Below, one piece after another: positions 1-14,456 of a stretch of 64,000 nt of DNA (its first letter is position 1; every line of letters begins with the position of its first letter). The notes under the pieces are model-generated. The model searched no databases. It was given only the letters and a program-made list of their open reading frames with translations, and had not been told where the DNA came from. The position numbers and the translations under genes were made by a program. Source of the DNA: Camelus dromedarius. Its lineage: Eukaryota. The DNA lies in NCBI RefSeq assembly GCF_036321535.1, contig NC_087436.1:186001-250000 (forward strand), read 5' to 3'.

Positions 1-3000
1 TTCTTTTCTCTCTGTGTGTAATTTACAGGGCAATGCTACAGATGGGGCAGCAGAGATCTGTGGTAAGCTGTTCCATAGGGTGGTGGAGCAGTTAGAAATG
101 ATAAGGTCAGAGATCTAAAAGACTTTTAGACCCTCCCCTCCTAACTGGCAGACCTTTAAAGCAAACTAGCACAGGTATGTAACTAAGACAGTGGATGAGA
201 GGCAAATTTATAGTCCCTTTAGTGTTACTGCTCAGTCAAGGGGTAGGGACCACTCTGGCCAGGAACGGCAAGACCGTGGATGTTGTGGATGGGTAGGAGA
301 AGCTGACATTTGCTTCTGACCTGAGAGGCAGGGTTGTGTTGCAGAAAAGCCGATAGTGCTGGAAAGATGCAGCAGGTCCACAGCCCAAAAGGAGCTGTCA
401 TATTCAGGGAGGTCAGAGAGCAAGAACCAGAGTTACTGACGCCACAGTGTCAGTAGCGTGGCAGCTGTGATGTCAGTATCTGCGTCCCATAACCCACCTA
501 ACCCTACATGAGCTCATCTGCCTAAGGGGGCAGGTAAGTAGCAGAAATGTGTCGAGTGGGTGCAGCCACTGGCAAATTGGCAAGTGGGCATCCTAAGGAA
601 ACGCAATGCTCACCGTCACCATATTGGAAATAGGGCCTCACAGTGTCAGATCTCCTTCTTATTCAAGAGAAACCAGAAATTAAGAGTTTATTAGCAATCA
701 ACCCAGATCAAAACCCAGAAAAGATATCATTTTATAATGACAAAGAAGGCACAGACTATTCAGAAATAAATTAATGAAAATATTAAGAAGATTCTGATAA
801 ATGATTTAAAAAAAGAAAAAAAAATGAACAGTAGAATGCACCACCCTCTTCAGTGGGCAGACTCAAATTTGGGGGACATAGAACATTTTTTCTCCAAAAT
901 AAATTTAGTATCTGAATGCAAATTTAGTTAATAATCCCAAATGGATTTAAGAAAAACATCTGAAAGGTGATCCTAAATGTATTCCAGAAATATACCCATA
1001 TATACAAATAAAATAATGAGGAGGGATGTTTGAATTTGTAGTATTAGAGACATTCTGGAAAAGGATAAAACAGGACCAACTCTAGGAGGTATTAATCTAT
1101 GTTCATGGAAACATTATAGAAATAGTGCACTGAGAGTATGAATGAAATAGATTACATTTCAAGAATAGACGTGGATATTTGTGAGATTTTAGTAATATTA
1201 TAAAACTGACACTTCAAATCAGTGGATTCAAGTACTGCAGTAATTAGCTAAATCATTGGAAGACCTGGTACAGTGTCCTCATTTATGACATTAAAATAAA
1301 TTCCAGATAATTTTTTAATTAAAAAATAAAACACCAGAAATAACCCAACATGATTTAATCTGTTCAGATTTTCAAGCGAGAAGAACTTTCTAAAAAGCTT
1401 TTGGAACAAAGACCAAAAAGAGCAAAGACCCAGCAACTCAGCAAGGCCAGAAACGCCCACTGTAAAACAAAACTAACCCTCGCCCAACCCTCTCTCACGG
1501 TCCTGTGTTGCTCTCTGATACTTTCTACATTTTCTTCTTCCCTTTAAAGTCCAGTTTCTTGGAGAAGTACCTGCGCTGAAGACTTCTCCAGGGCTCAGAG
1601 CCCTGCATCCCCCACGGCCCTCATCGCAGCACTGAGACAGGAGTTGCACTGCCGGTGGCTGCGTGTTTCAAACTAGTCGGCACTTCCAGCTCCTATTTAT
1701 TTGATTACCAGTTAGCTTTTGCAGTGGACAAATATTTTCCTCTCAGTGGAATATTTTCCCCCCTTAATTTTTGTTTTACTTAAATAAATTTAAAAAGCCC
1801 AGACAGAAAATTGTGTGTGCACATATGCACACACACAGATACACACAGATCTGTTTTTTAAAGTCTACCTAAGTATAGTCCTCCTCTGCCTTTTCCCCAG
1901 TCTTGGCAATTAAAGCTGGGTTTTAGCTCTTGCTTTTTTGCCCCACACACACACCCTTTCTCACTATGCTCCTTTTAGTCAGTGTTCAAATCCCTCTGAA
2001 GCCAAGTTACAGCCTTCTCTGTGTTGCCTCAACTAGTTTCTCCCAACTGCTCTGATATTATTCTTTTCTTGCTGGATTTCTCTTCTCCCATGTGCCATGT
2101 ACATGGCCCTTTTCCCCAGGGCCTCGTCCTCAATCCTTCACTTGGCAGGAATGAATCGCCCCCACGGCCTCACCCGCAGCTCCTCTGAGCTCCTGACTGT
2201 TGAATCCAGCTTAACAACGGGCATCACTCCTCAGATGTCCCATAGACACTTTGCAATCAAAATGCCACACACAGAACAATCTCCTGGAAACCATCTCCTC
2301 CCCTTACACTCCCCCTGCAGATCCGCTCTCCAGATGGGTCACTGGAAAGTCTCCTCAGCAGCTCTGTGGCCCGCCGCCGCGGCCCTGCAGTCCCCTCTGC
2401 AGCAGTCACCACTTCTGCCGCCCACGTCTCTATCCCTCTGCCCAGGGCCTCTCTGCAGGCATGTGCCACTTGTCTGGATTACCTGGAGTGGCCCCCGAAA
2501 TATCCTTTCCCACCAAAATATGGGCCTTCTCCCAAAAATATTATTTTCCATTCTGCTGCCAGTATAACCAGATCTTCTTTAACATAATCATTATGCAATT
2601 CTCTTGCTTACATATATTCCAATATAGCGCTGTTTTTTTAAGGATACATTCAAGTCTAAGCACACAAGACCCATCATGACAGAGGCCTTGTGCACCTGAT
2701 ATTCCCACCTGTGGATACTTTGTTCTAACCCTACTTGTTGTTCTTCAGTCTGGCCAAGCCGCTTCATGCCGTGTACTCTTATATGTCTCTACCTCTCTGC
2801 ATGAAGTGTCCACTCCCTCTACCACACATTAGAGAGCTAACTTCCTTTCACCTTTCAAAATTCAGTTCAAATATTTCCAGCTCTATGAAGTCCAATGTGG
2901 TTTCACCTGCTTAGCAATCCATCAACTACTCGCCAAGTCTCGCCTGCCCTGCAGAGTGCAGACACCATGTCTTACCTGTCTTGGTCTCCCCAGCAGTTGA

Positions 3001-5981
3001 TACAGTGTTTGGCATAGCAGGTGCTCAGTGTTTGTTGGATAGATAAACGAATGAATCAGTAAAGAGATGAGAGGTCTACAATCCCCCCCAGTAACTCAGC
3101 TGCCATTTTGGAAAGTTCATTCTGCGGAGTTAAGGAAATGTCAGTGCAGGTGGTGAGCAGACAGAACAGAGGTGAGGGCGTGGGGGAGAAAGGCGGTCCT
3201 GGAGAGCGCAGGAGAGGCGTGGGTGGGAGAGCACTGGAGAGAGAGGGAATGGAGGGGGCGGGTGCAAGGAGATGTTGAAGAACAACTGATATTAAATGCA
3301 GTAAATTAAATAGAGAACATAATAAATGAAGGGAAGATCAAGTTAACACAGCAAGGATGGAAAAGGCAGTACCAGAGACGAAGAGCTCTCACTTCATCAC
3401 TCACTGCATTTCACTTACGGCACCCGCCCTCTGGGAAGGCAGTGCCAAGTTCTTGAGAGACTGGTGTTTGTGCTGTGGGTGCTCTAAGTACAAAACGGTA
3501 TCTTATGGCTTCCAGATTTTAAGACTGATAGATTATTTCTCTTATGTCCCGTGTCTGAGTTCTCAAACAGCAGGATCTTTTGCTTCTGGGGGTGAGCTAC
3601 TGTGGTTAATAACTCAGGGTTACTCTAATAATCTAAAAGGACAGTGGGAAAATCACTAGAACAAATAAAAGAGAAATTTCACTCAGAAAAAAACATATGC
3701 CCTATAGAACCTTGTGGGGGCCTTGGGGGTAATGTTACCGCCAACTCATCTAACAGTTGTATGTGAGTGTGTTGAAACTCCATCCTCAAGTCACTTAAAC
3801 ACGTATGACAAACAGGGTCCAGGCTGTGGTGCTCCAGACATGCACGGGAAGATGAAAAGCCTGACTACTGCCTCCGACAGGATCAGTCCAGCCGGGGAGC
3901 GCAATGGACACGGACACGATCACGCACCATCAAGGCAAGAATCAACTGCAATTCATGTTTAGAGAGGAGAGCAGAAAATCTCTAAAAAGTGGAGGGTTTC
4001 CTGCCAAGGCTTGGCAAGATTCCTTCCAGGCAGAAAAGCAGAGAAAGATACTTCTGGCGAAGGAGACTAGGGATGGTGGCTGGGTGTGAGGCCTAAAGAA
4101 GCAAGGGTGGAGGGCTCCAGGGTCATCTGTCAGAAGCTGTTCCCCTTCAGCAGCTAAGAGGCCTAACTAAAAATGCAGGTGGGGTGTCATTAATGATCAT
4201 GGGGAAAACTGGGAGGAGGAAACTGAGGTCAGGAGATCACCATCAAAGGCACTTTATTTGAGAGGAACAAAAATAATTCAAAAAGCACTTGGAAATCCTA
4301 TCTCCCATGAATGAAAAGAACACAAAATAAGTTTCACTCCAGCGTTGAATACAGAATAACAGACTGCCTACTCTCAGAAATGGATTGAATTTTCTAATTC
4401 GTTAGGGATTATTTAGAGAATAGGAAAACGAATAAATCTGAACAATCTCTCTAGAATAGCTGGTACTCCATCCTGTTATGTAGGGTAGAGTTAGGCTGAA
4501 TTATTTAATTAGCATTTTAATGAGACTATAAAGTTCTAAAAGTCCTATCCATTTCTCCCAAAAGAGTGCAACTTTTCCTTTCAATGACTTTTATTTGACT
4601 TAACTAGAACAATAACTATTTTCCAAGGCATTTTTCGTGTGTGTTAAAATACCAAATCATATGCTGCCCTCAGAATGTTGTTGTTATTATTAATGCTGAT
4701 AATAGCCCCAATAAGAAATATTTACAATTATGACTCATTTTGGAATAACAGGTCATTGGCTTAAAGTCCTTCTGAAAATAAGCAGAAAAAACGAACATAA
4801 TTTCTACACCAGCTGCACCCTTAATCGAACCTGGTCACTAAGCACAATAAAAGCAAAGATGAAACTCAAATCAGACACCAGACCACAAAGCATAGCTGAC
4901 TGAAGATGCCACAAAATGACCTTTCATTCACCGAGGGAATCAGATGCTTTTCCATGTATATTATATGTTTTAAAACAATTATTATATATATAGAATGTAA
5001 TTTAGGAAAAAGAAAACTCCCTCTTTCTGTAGACTTATAAACAGGAAGCACAAAGGGTTGTCTTGCAGACATGAACCCGCATGCATAAATGCAAAGCCTA
5101 TTGACCAAACTCCTTTCCTGTCTCCTAAGCTTAAAAAAAAAAAAAAAGTAATTCAAGGCAGTGGTGAGCGGAAAGGGCTCAGATACAAAACGTGCACATC
5201 AGCCTTCTAGTAGATAAAAGGGCGCCATACATAATAGAAAAGATGATGTTTCCTATGGAAATCTATTTTGAGATGCAACAATTTAAAGGCAACCGAGAGC
5301 TCAAAACCAAGTTCAAACAAAGAGAAACAAAGGCCAAGCAAATTTACAGAAATGGACAAAGACATTGGAGAAGGAGGGGATCTGTGTTCTACCAATATCC
5401 AGATCAGCAAATTCATCCTGAATTCAAGCCAGTGATGTGCCATGAGGTCACTCAAGGAACCAGGCAGAAACCATCGGCCAGAAGAAATAGGAAAAATGTC
5501 AAAGGCAGGTGTGAGGTGTGGAAGGGGTGACCCTGTGACCCTTGCTGCCATGAGGCAGGATGCTCTTGCAGGCTTTCTGCACAGGCTGGCGGGCTCACAT
5601 GACTCTGTTTAGAAGGATATCAGCCCACAGCTGTGCCACACGGGCTGCAGCCCGAGCTGAGTCACATCTAGTAACGGTTCTGAGTTCATCCTTAGACGAC
5701 ATGACCAGTAGAATCTGAGAATCAATGGTGGAGACGTACCTGAATGAATATTCCATTTCATTCCTTGGCAGTAAATCTTCAGCTTTGTACAACATAAATA
5801 TAGACAGAGATACACACAGGCACCCTAGTTGAAAGCCTGACTGCATAATTGCATCTAATTGAAAAAAGCGGGTTCCGTTTCGGTATGCTAGGTCTTTGTT
5901 TGGCTCAGTAACCGATGCTTCTGAGACCCAAAGCATATTCTAGTATAACCGACAGTACAGAAATCTCCACCGATGACTTAC

Positions 5982-6105
5982 TCATATCAAGGTATTCATA
6001 AAATAGCACCAGTTTGCCCATGGGATACAGATGGTTGTCCCATTCCCATCGTGGGGTGGTCTGTTTTGTTCCCGAAACTGTGGCACCATTAGATTCATGA
6101 CCCAG
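5982..6105 (-). pseudogene. ANO6: ANO6 pseudo-exon (~exon 16): WVMNLM/TVSGTKQTTPRWEWDNHLYPMGKLVLFYEYLDM
   Basis: gcag acceptor and gtaagt donor. 124 nt versus 131 (7-nt deletion, frameshift). EYLEM is changed to EYLDM. Confidence 0.94.
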
Positions 6106-7979
6106 CTGCCAAACAGATCAAATTATAAGGCAGGATATTATCAGACCAAGGTCATAAAAGTATTACTGACATTTCAAGCTGAACACATCATCTTCCCAAG
6201 AAATTAATTTCTTGTTTTCAGGATAAATTTCTTTTTATTGCTGCATCCCTACCCTCAAGTATTGTGAAAACTAGTCCTGACTACGTACCTTGGGTTAACC
6301 AAAATTGTAACGACTACTACTACTTTATCTACTACCTCCTTTTCAGGTAGGCATTTTAGCTTTTAGAAGATACCTACCCTCATTTGTTTTTTCCCCCCAT
6401 TTCTCTGCTATTATTCACCATGGCCTTTCCAGTCTGTAAATTGTCAGAGAAAATAAGTAAAAGAAAGAATTACAGGGTCTGTGAGCTGGTGATAAATGCT
6501 GCAGAGGAAAATAAAGGAGGGCGAGGAATGTGTGGTATGGAGGAGTGTGGATGTGGAAGTGACCTTTGAATAAGGCAAAGACGGAGGCAAAGGGGTGGGC
6601 ACAGGGAACAGTGATCACAGGCCTGGAGGTCCCTCACGCTGGACAGACAGCACGGAGACTGGTGTGGGCCAGAGAGAATAGGAAATAAGTGGTGGTTTTG
6701 GGGGTGGAGCCTTAGAGGCTGCCTTGAGGATGTGGGCATTTTTCCCTCTGAAGGAATTGCGGAGCCATGGAGGGTCACCAAGCAGAAAAGTGATACTCTA
6801 ATGTTGGATCGAACAGGTCCAAGACCCTAATTAAAGCTGAACAAATCATGGGCCAAAGAAGTGACATGCTGCCTCAAATTCAGTGCAGAGCTTGAAAGAA
6901 ACACAGCCTCGACTCGCAGCCCAGTGCTCTGCCCCCTCCTGGATGCTGTCCCACAGAGCTGTCCCTAAGGTTATGTTTTTTCCTCACTCAGAGGCTTGTG
7001 GGACAACTGAATGCTTCCCCCTTTTTCAAATGGCAATTTGTCCTGAAAGGAATTCGGAGTTGGCAGTGAAACAAGGCATAGATCTGTAGCCTACAGAGCT
7101 GTTGTCCCTGAAAGCAACAGCTGGCGCGTGGTTTACTCGTGGAGCTCAGCAGAAGAGACAGAGCAACAACAGACAACTTAGCGTCTGGCTGAGGTTCGGC
7201 TGACTACACTGCACGTTTGGATGGATTTCAAATTTGGACAGTGAGGCGGCTTCACACGAAATGCAGGTGTATACATCATACATGCCCACACGTCTGTATG
7301 CACACACACGTGGACACACACAGAGTATATGATGTGACTTGTAAAGAGCTTCCCCTGCTAGGTTTCCCACTGCCTCTGATCTCAGCGTTAACATTTCCCT
7401 GGCCATGCTCCCAGGTTTGCTACGAGATTTCTTTGCAATGGAACATGCCTTTCGCTTCACAAACTTTCCCCATTTCTTTCAATGACATTAGGGGAAAAGC
7501 AGGGAGCTCTGGGAAGGGGTGGGGATATGGACTCGAGATACTCCTGAATCTGAATCCACACTTCATGGCTTATTTGTTATTTAACTTTATTTACATTCAA
7601 AATGCAATTGTTGCAGATCTCAGAAGTTGATTTACACTCACTGCTGTGGCAGAATGTTGCGGTCAGTAGACCCACCACTGGATCCTCTTATTCAACACGT
7701 CCTTCCAATAATTCAGATAATACTGTATCACAAATGCCCATTTCTATATTTTGATATCTGCTTTTCAGTATAATTATCTTCCTTCTTTATTCTCTAAATC
7801 TTATGATTTTTAAACATTTTTCTGAGAAGTGTTCCACAGGCACTATACATATGATAAGTTGATAAAGAGATCCTGGATATCAAAACCACATTTAAATCCT
7901 GAGATAAACTCAACTGTGCCGTATACATGGCTAGGTTTAGTCTGCTTCCTTTGTTACTTTGTTAAGTAATTTTTGTTTC

Positions 7980-8162
7980 AAACAACAAGATCCTACTGTA
8001 TAGCACAGGGAACTACATTCAATAACTTTTAATAGCCTATAGTGGAAAAGTATACGACAAGGAATATATATATATATATATATTTATGTATATGTGAATC
8101 ACTATGCTGTATACCAAGAATTAACACAATATTTTACACCAACTATACTTTCAACAAAAAAT
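7980..8162 (+). mobile_element. Short L1 3' end
   Basis: ctgtatagcacagggaactac...(TA)n...gaattaacacaatatt...aactatactttcaa, similar to the 27959 element. Confidence 0.85.
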
Positions 8163-11100
8163 GTTGAAATAAAATTGGGAGGTGAAACTTCGACTGCCCA
8201 GGCTGCTGTCAAGATGAAACGATTCAAAGCAGGCCAGGTATTAGCAAACCCCCTAACACACCAAAACCCCATATGGGATCTTCTTTTTGAGCAGCACAGG
8301 CTAACCAGCTGTGGTCACCTGTAAATAAGGTTGAAGTCACTTAGACCCTTGGCTTGGGAACGCCGTGGCCACCGGGGTGGGGGTCACTGCAGCACCTACG
8401 AGAATGACGGGGACAGCCTGCTCCTGACGCCGCTCCCCAGGCCGCAGCCCGGAGCACTGCAGTCAGGTCTGAGGTCCGGCCGGGAGCGCACAGCTCCACA
8501 GCCACTCGGAGCCCTGCGGTGCGGGTGGAGCTGGGACCGCGCTCATCCATCACCCTTCCAGGCACCCAGACTCGGGAGTCCCCTGGGGGAATTTTTCTCT
8601 GCCTCATAATTCCTGTCTCAGCCTCTTGTGGAATGCGGTCCATGCCCAACGGAAGCAGGGCTTTAACCCTCCGGGACCCAAATCCATCACGGTTTGGATC
8701 CAGGATGTAAATTCCATGTTAACTCACCTGGTGCTCCCTTCTTGTGCTGAACTGCCCTCCCCCGTCGATGACATTAGGTCGTATTAGAAGTCCCGACTTG
8801 CTTGTCCTTAGCTAAGACTCTGAGCCTCTTGCTCAGTCTTCCTGACTGGAACCACTCTTCTGTGGCAGAAAAGCTTGGGCTGTCGGCAACCCATCATTGT
8901 CCTCGGTCTTTTGGGTTTTCTGTTGGTTTATGGTTCTCATGCAGGGATACCAATTTGCACATGAGAAACACCTGTAGACATTTTAAAAAATACAGACACT
9001 GGATCCTCCCCACTCTCCAGCCAAGGCTGGAAGCTTTCTCCCTCTAGCAGGGGTTACACAATAATTTGCTTGGGAATTGACCACACATATTGGCATAATC
9101 ATGGTAAATTGCCCTTTACTCAGTGCTTCCCACGTGGCATTTTCTACTTCATGTTGTCTTTGTACGTTCATTATCACATTTAATCCCTGAATTATAGATA
9201 ATCACCATTTCTTTTGAGGACACTCCTACTTGCTAATCTTGAATACAAGTATCTTTGATTCTCTTAATCTATTTCATTCCTGAGTTTCCTGTTCCTGGAT
9301 TTAAAGAGTGAATTATGGACACATGTATTTAAGATTCTCTTAATATATCTATCTGACTCATCCTCTAACCAAATCATATCTGGAGAAGAGAGATTTTCTC
9401 TTTTAAATATTTGCATTTTCTTACTATATAGTAGTGCGTACACACGGTGGAAAATGTAGAAAGCATATAAAGTAAGAAAATTACAGCCATACATTATCTA
9501 AACACCAAAGGACAGTGCTATGTCATGTTGGGCATTTAACCATTTTTCTTAATATTTTATCATAAAATTTCCCTAGGGCAAGTTACTTAACCCTGGAATT
9601 GTACTAGACTTTTGTCAAGTACAGAATAACATTCCCAGAAATGACCCCAACATCAAAATAGTACGGGAGGCTGGGAAGGCCATAGGGCACTCAGCTTATT
9701 CTCTGAGTCCTACAAAGAATGCTGTTAATTCACTGATGTTACTCATTCGATGCCTGTGAGTCACTCACTCACTCAGCTGGCTCGGACTGAGACCTACTTT
9801 ATACCAAGTGCCGATCCAAGTGCTGGGGAGACCCCAGAGAGAGCCTGGATCACGGCATCACTGTCCTTCTTCATTTGCTCCCAGAATCCTACTCAACAAA
9901 CCCACATGGGATTGGGGGGTGGAGGCAGGTGAGATATGGTAAAATTCATTTCATTATGTTCCTTTAGACATATTTAAATAGCATGAAAATAGTCACTAAC
10001 TTTGATAAGTTTTCTTTTCCCTTCCTATGTATTTTTGAGGATGGGTATAGTTTTGGGGCAGCAAGAGTAATTGATAGATCTTTAGTATGTTAGGATTTTA
10101 TATGAAAAATTAAGAAGGAAACTGGCACCTTATACAAAGAGAAGAGGCAGTGAGGAAACCACAAGCGACCCTCGAACTTGGCTACCATTCAGAATTTCTG
10201 GTATTCAAAAAAGGGAAACATAATTCAAAATATTTTCCCTAAATATTTTAGCCCAGAGTAGAAATACATGTAGGCAAAGTTCAGCTCACTGGAACCTACA
10301 ACAATGTGCTTACTTAAGCGAAGGTATAAACAGACCACAGATACTATAATGCATCCTTTACTTTAAACAAGTTAATGTGAGCAAGTTTCATTTCACATGA
10401 ATTGCTCAGTAACAATTTAGGAAATATATCCTTCTTGATTGGTAAAAATAGCTCACTGATAACCAGATTCAACAAAATTTAGTGTTAAATAATTAACCTA
10501 TTTCCTTCAGGAAATGCTTTTGAGTAATCTGAGTTAAGTATTTCCTCTATCTGATCTATTTCTTTTCACAGAGAAAAGTAGTATTATTTGCACATGAGCT
10601 ACTTTTACTCCTCTGGAGAAATCTGACTGTGAGCTCAGGGTAAGAGTTGTCTACTGCACAGTAGGGAAAAAAAAGATTCATTTCACAGCAAAGATCAGAA
10701 TCTTTTTTTTGAGGGGCATGGTGAGCTGGGGGACAAGGGAAATGCCTTTGTTTGGAGACAGACCACAGTAATCCATCCTGAAGCTGAAAGATGAAGACCT
10801 TGTGAAGAAATGTGGAAGGACACACTGACACACAAATGTGTTCACTCTGCAAAAACAGAAAGAAGGAAAGAAAAAATAATTTAACTGCCCTATAAAGAGA
10901 ATGGACAGAAAATTGGTAATAAGGGAGAGTGAAGGAAAGTTAGGGAAGGGAGGAGAAACAGTGAAAGGGAACTTGGATGCGGTGGGCAGAGTAGCAGGTT
11001 TCTGGAGCTTACAATGAAGGATGATAAGAAAAAAAGTAAAGTTTAAAAAAAGTTACAAAGTTTAAAATAGTTTAAAATTAAAAAATGAAGTTAAAAAATA

Positions 11101-11363
11101 AGTTTTTTATAGTGACATGGAAGATTGTAAAATGATGGAGGATTTTATTTCAAAATTCAAGTTGTTTGAGTTTCTCCTCCATGCTCCAAACAACAGTAAG
11201 ATCTGCTTGTGTAATTGGTTTTGGGGGACACCACAGAGAGGGGTGAGCAATGCAGTTCGGTTGGCCAGGAGCAGAATTCTTTTGTGGAAGGCAAGACAGA
11301 AGAGAGATCAACAGTTCCATGAGGACAGAAACTCAAAGCCAGAAATTATCTTAAAAAGCTTAG

Positions 11364-11882
11364 TGTGGTGGGCAGAAAAATTCCCCCCCCCCAATATGTC
11401 TATGTCCTTATCCCCAGAACATAGGAAGAGGTAATATTCCCTGGCAAAGGGGGCCTATGGTTGCAGTTGTGGTTAACGTTGCTAACCAGCCTACTCTAAG
11501 AGAGATGAGCTGGATTATAGAGGTGGGCCCATTGTAATCACCAGGGTAGTTAAATGAGGAAGAGGGAGACAGAAGAGGGGAGAGAGGAGAGGAGATTTGA
11601 CCACAGGATCAGAGTCAGAGTCACACAACCATGCTGACCTTGAGAGAAGGAAAAGAGGTCACAGGCCAAGAGACGTAGGTGGCCTCTGGAAGCCAGAAAA
11701 GTCAAAGATACAGTTTCCCCTGAGGCCTTCAGAAACAGCCGTGCCAATATTTTGACTTCAGCAGGCTCCTGCGTTCAAGAACCCTACAAGGTTAAATTTG
11801 TGTTGTTTAGTGGAGACTATTTCTTTTTTCTTCCTACTACCATGTCATTTGGGGATACTTGTTACAACAGAAAGCGAATACA
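11364..11882 (+). mobile_element. MaLR solo LTR (MLT1D-like)
   Basis: tgtggtgggcagaa...gtaatcaccagggt...ctctggaagccagaaaagtcaa...taaatttgtgttgtttt...aataca. Confidence 0.75.
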
Positions 11883-12713
11883 CTAAGCTCCTTGAAATGT
11901 TCAGAAATTGCAGATAACACTGGACTGTCCACTTTGATATGGGATTGGGCTTATGTGAAAATCGAAAGGACAGTGTGACCTTTGCTAACATCTGCTTTTC
12001 TGATTTTTAGGAAGAGAACAGTAAGTCAAAACCTGTGTAGTTATTATTTTAGACAAGTGTCTCTTAAAACATTATGTAACCCTTTGCCTTAGGACCCCAA
12101 GAGAGTCTCTGTTCTTAGAAGAACATGGATTCCGTGAGATAGGGTCTTACATCTGAGTCCCACAGTGGTCTCTTATTGGCAATGAGAACTTGGGCAAATC
12201 ATTTACCTTCTTTAAGCCACAGGATCTTCATTTGAAAAGGAAGATAAGAATAAGGATTGTTTGGGTGATTAAATTCTACTCACAAACACACGCACACACA
12301 CATATATGTACAACATTTAATACAGTGACTAACACATACTAGGCACTCAACAAATTCCTGTTATGGATTTTTAAATGCATGTATAAAAGGAGGAGAAAGT
12401 TGCGGGAAGTTGTGGGAAAATTAGTTCACGGCCCCAAAAAGGGCCATCTCTCAACGGGCTCTGATCAGTCAGTCCCCAGTGATGGGCTAATAAGCAGAAA
12501 CTATAGCACTTGAGGATTTAATTTAAACATAAAAAGGGAGGAATTTAAACATAATTATTAAACAGGAGGTATGTTTACACTGTTGGCTGGATCATCTTAT
12601 CTGGAGAGCTTTAATAAGCAGAGAGTCTCCCCTGTTTTAGAGATGGGCATGCAGGAAAATTACTTGGATGGGTGGGCCGTTCTCACCCCAAGATCACATG
12701 ACTTATTACTCAC

Positions 12714-12811
12714 GGAAGTAACACCTCTTGTATGTTATTCCAGATGGACTGTCCTCCCATGATTATTGTCAGCTGCATCATCAGTTCAAGGAGACAGCCA
12801 CCTGGGTCACA
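12714..12811 (-). pseudogene. ANO6: ANO6 pseudo-exon (~exon 15): [33 protein letters not shown]
   Basis: ccag acceptor and gtgagt donor. 98 nt, open frame, anoctamin CxxGGCLxEL signature. Confidence 0.96.
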
Positions 12812-12986
12812 CTGGAATATTAGACAGAAAATCTCATTTAAATTTTAGATAGCTCTAACATGAAATAAAGTCATTATTTTATGCCTAAAAAATCTAAGGA
12901 ACAGAGAGTAAAGACACTCTTCATTGGGCAACTAAGAGAAAACATGAAACAGGTTAGACTGTCAGAACACAAAGCTGTATTCACAC

Positions 12987-13155
12987 GTCTTCATTTCTGT
13001 ATTTTCACAGCCAATACACCAGATCTCCAGGATAAGTCACAAATCTTCCCTTAAAGAATGTGATGTAGAAACACGAGGAGTAGTAGTTGACAAACTGGAA
13101 GAAGAACACCTTCATGGCTAGGTTGTTCTCATAGTCAGTCTGGTCCTTGGGATCT
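12987..13155 (-). pseudogene. ANO6: ANO6 pseudo-exon (~exon 14): IPR/[51 protein letters not shown]
   Basis: cag acceptor and gt donor. 169 nt versus 170 (-1 frameshift). TGA replaces a Gly. Confidence 0.96.
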
Positions 13156-14229
13156 CTGCAGCTAGAATAAAGAAAAGTTAAGTCTGTAAAACTGTGAACA
13201 GCCTTGAGACCCTAATCAAAGCCACGGACACATGAGTTAACACGCTAAATATGTATATATATTTATATATATATATATACACAATTCACACTTTTTTCCA
13301 TATAAGCTGTTTTGAATTCCTTAACATAGCTACTATATTAATTCCAACTGTACACACTGTTGTAAGAGTTTCTCCCACTATGAATGCAATATCACACAAG
13401 GCAAAAAAAAAAAAAAAGTCACCCGTTCCTTAAAATTTATAAGCACAACAGTATCCAATGGGCAAGAACTGTCCTCTGTCAGGTGTAAGTTGAAAGAAAG
13501 CTACTTCTAAACATCCTGCTAAATGAAATTCTCTTGTCTCCCTGAACAGCAGGAAGGTAGGACTATTGAAGAAAACAAACAAAACATGGGGCAACTTGCT
13601 AGAAGCTTTTGGGGAACATAAAACATCCTCCTAGTTCAAAATTTGAATTGGTCTTAGTGTTTTCAGAAGATGACCACTGAGCAGACAACTGGGAGAATGA
13701 CCCAGCCACATGCAGTGTGTGGGAAGCAGTTAACTTGGGCCGCTAAGCTGCTGGCTGGGATACAAGCCAGAGAGAAGAAACATTTGTTATAGAAGCCACA
13801 GCTGATGAGAATGGAGCTACACTAACAGGAACAGCATGGGGGGAGGACACAAAACAGTGTGATTACTTGTCCTCTCCGTAACGCACAAGCAAATTTGCCA
13901 CTGGAACCACGACCCTCTTCCACTTATTTGCAATAGAGAGACTATTTACTTTCAACAGTAGGGTACATGATCTAATGTAATTGAAATTATTATTAAGCAC
14001 TGACATATTTACACAGAGCTTGGACATTCTAAAGCTTTCTTTATCCCTTTTACTAATGCAAAGCTGCAGCTAATTCACTTCTCATATAGGCTAGAGAAAA
14101 TACGTTTACACTTGAAGTTTTCTAAAGACTGTAATGTACTGGAATTGAAGTGCCTAAAAGATAAAGTCTCTGTTTTGACCTGGTTCTAAAACTGGTGTAG
14201 AAATGACCTCAGCTGCAGAAGGAGCTTAA

Positions 14230-14456
14230 CAGACTCAGTCATCTTGATTGCCACTTTCTCATATATGGCGTTCAGGGTCACGATGATGATAAAACTGATG
14301 AGGGAAGCAGTGATGGGCGTGGCCCACCTGCACAGTCAGGTACTTCTGGATTGGGTCTCTTCCATTCAGGTTCTAGGGAAGTTCTGCTGAAAATACAATG
14401 AACACTGAAAGTCCGTAGACAATGATCCCAATAACTGAAGCAATGGTCAACAAGAC
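14230..14456 (-). pseudogene. ANO6: ANO6 pseudo-exon (~exon 13): VLLTIASVIGIIVYGLSVFIVFSAELP*NLNGRDPIQKYLT.../ITASLISFIIIVTLNAIYEKVAIKMT
   Basis: cag acceptor, TAG at 14373-14375, +1 frameshift after KYLTVQ. The expected donor reads ttaag instead of gtaag. Confidence 0.95.

Noticed and set aside
2097..2679. Overlapping 140-156 aa ORFs
   Set aside because: No ANO6 exon-17 motif (IQFGFVTLFVASFPLAP) and no other homology recognised. Treated as intronic.
5740..5854. Exon-like segment (ttag...gtacgt) within the 113-aa minus-strand ORF 5595-5936
   Set aside because: No similarity to ANO6 exon 17 or any protein I recognise. It is 115 nt and not frame-preserving, so probably a chance pseudo-exon.
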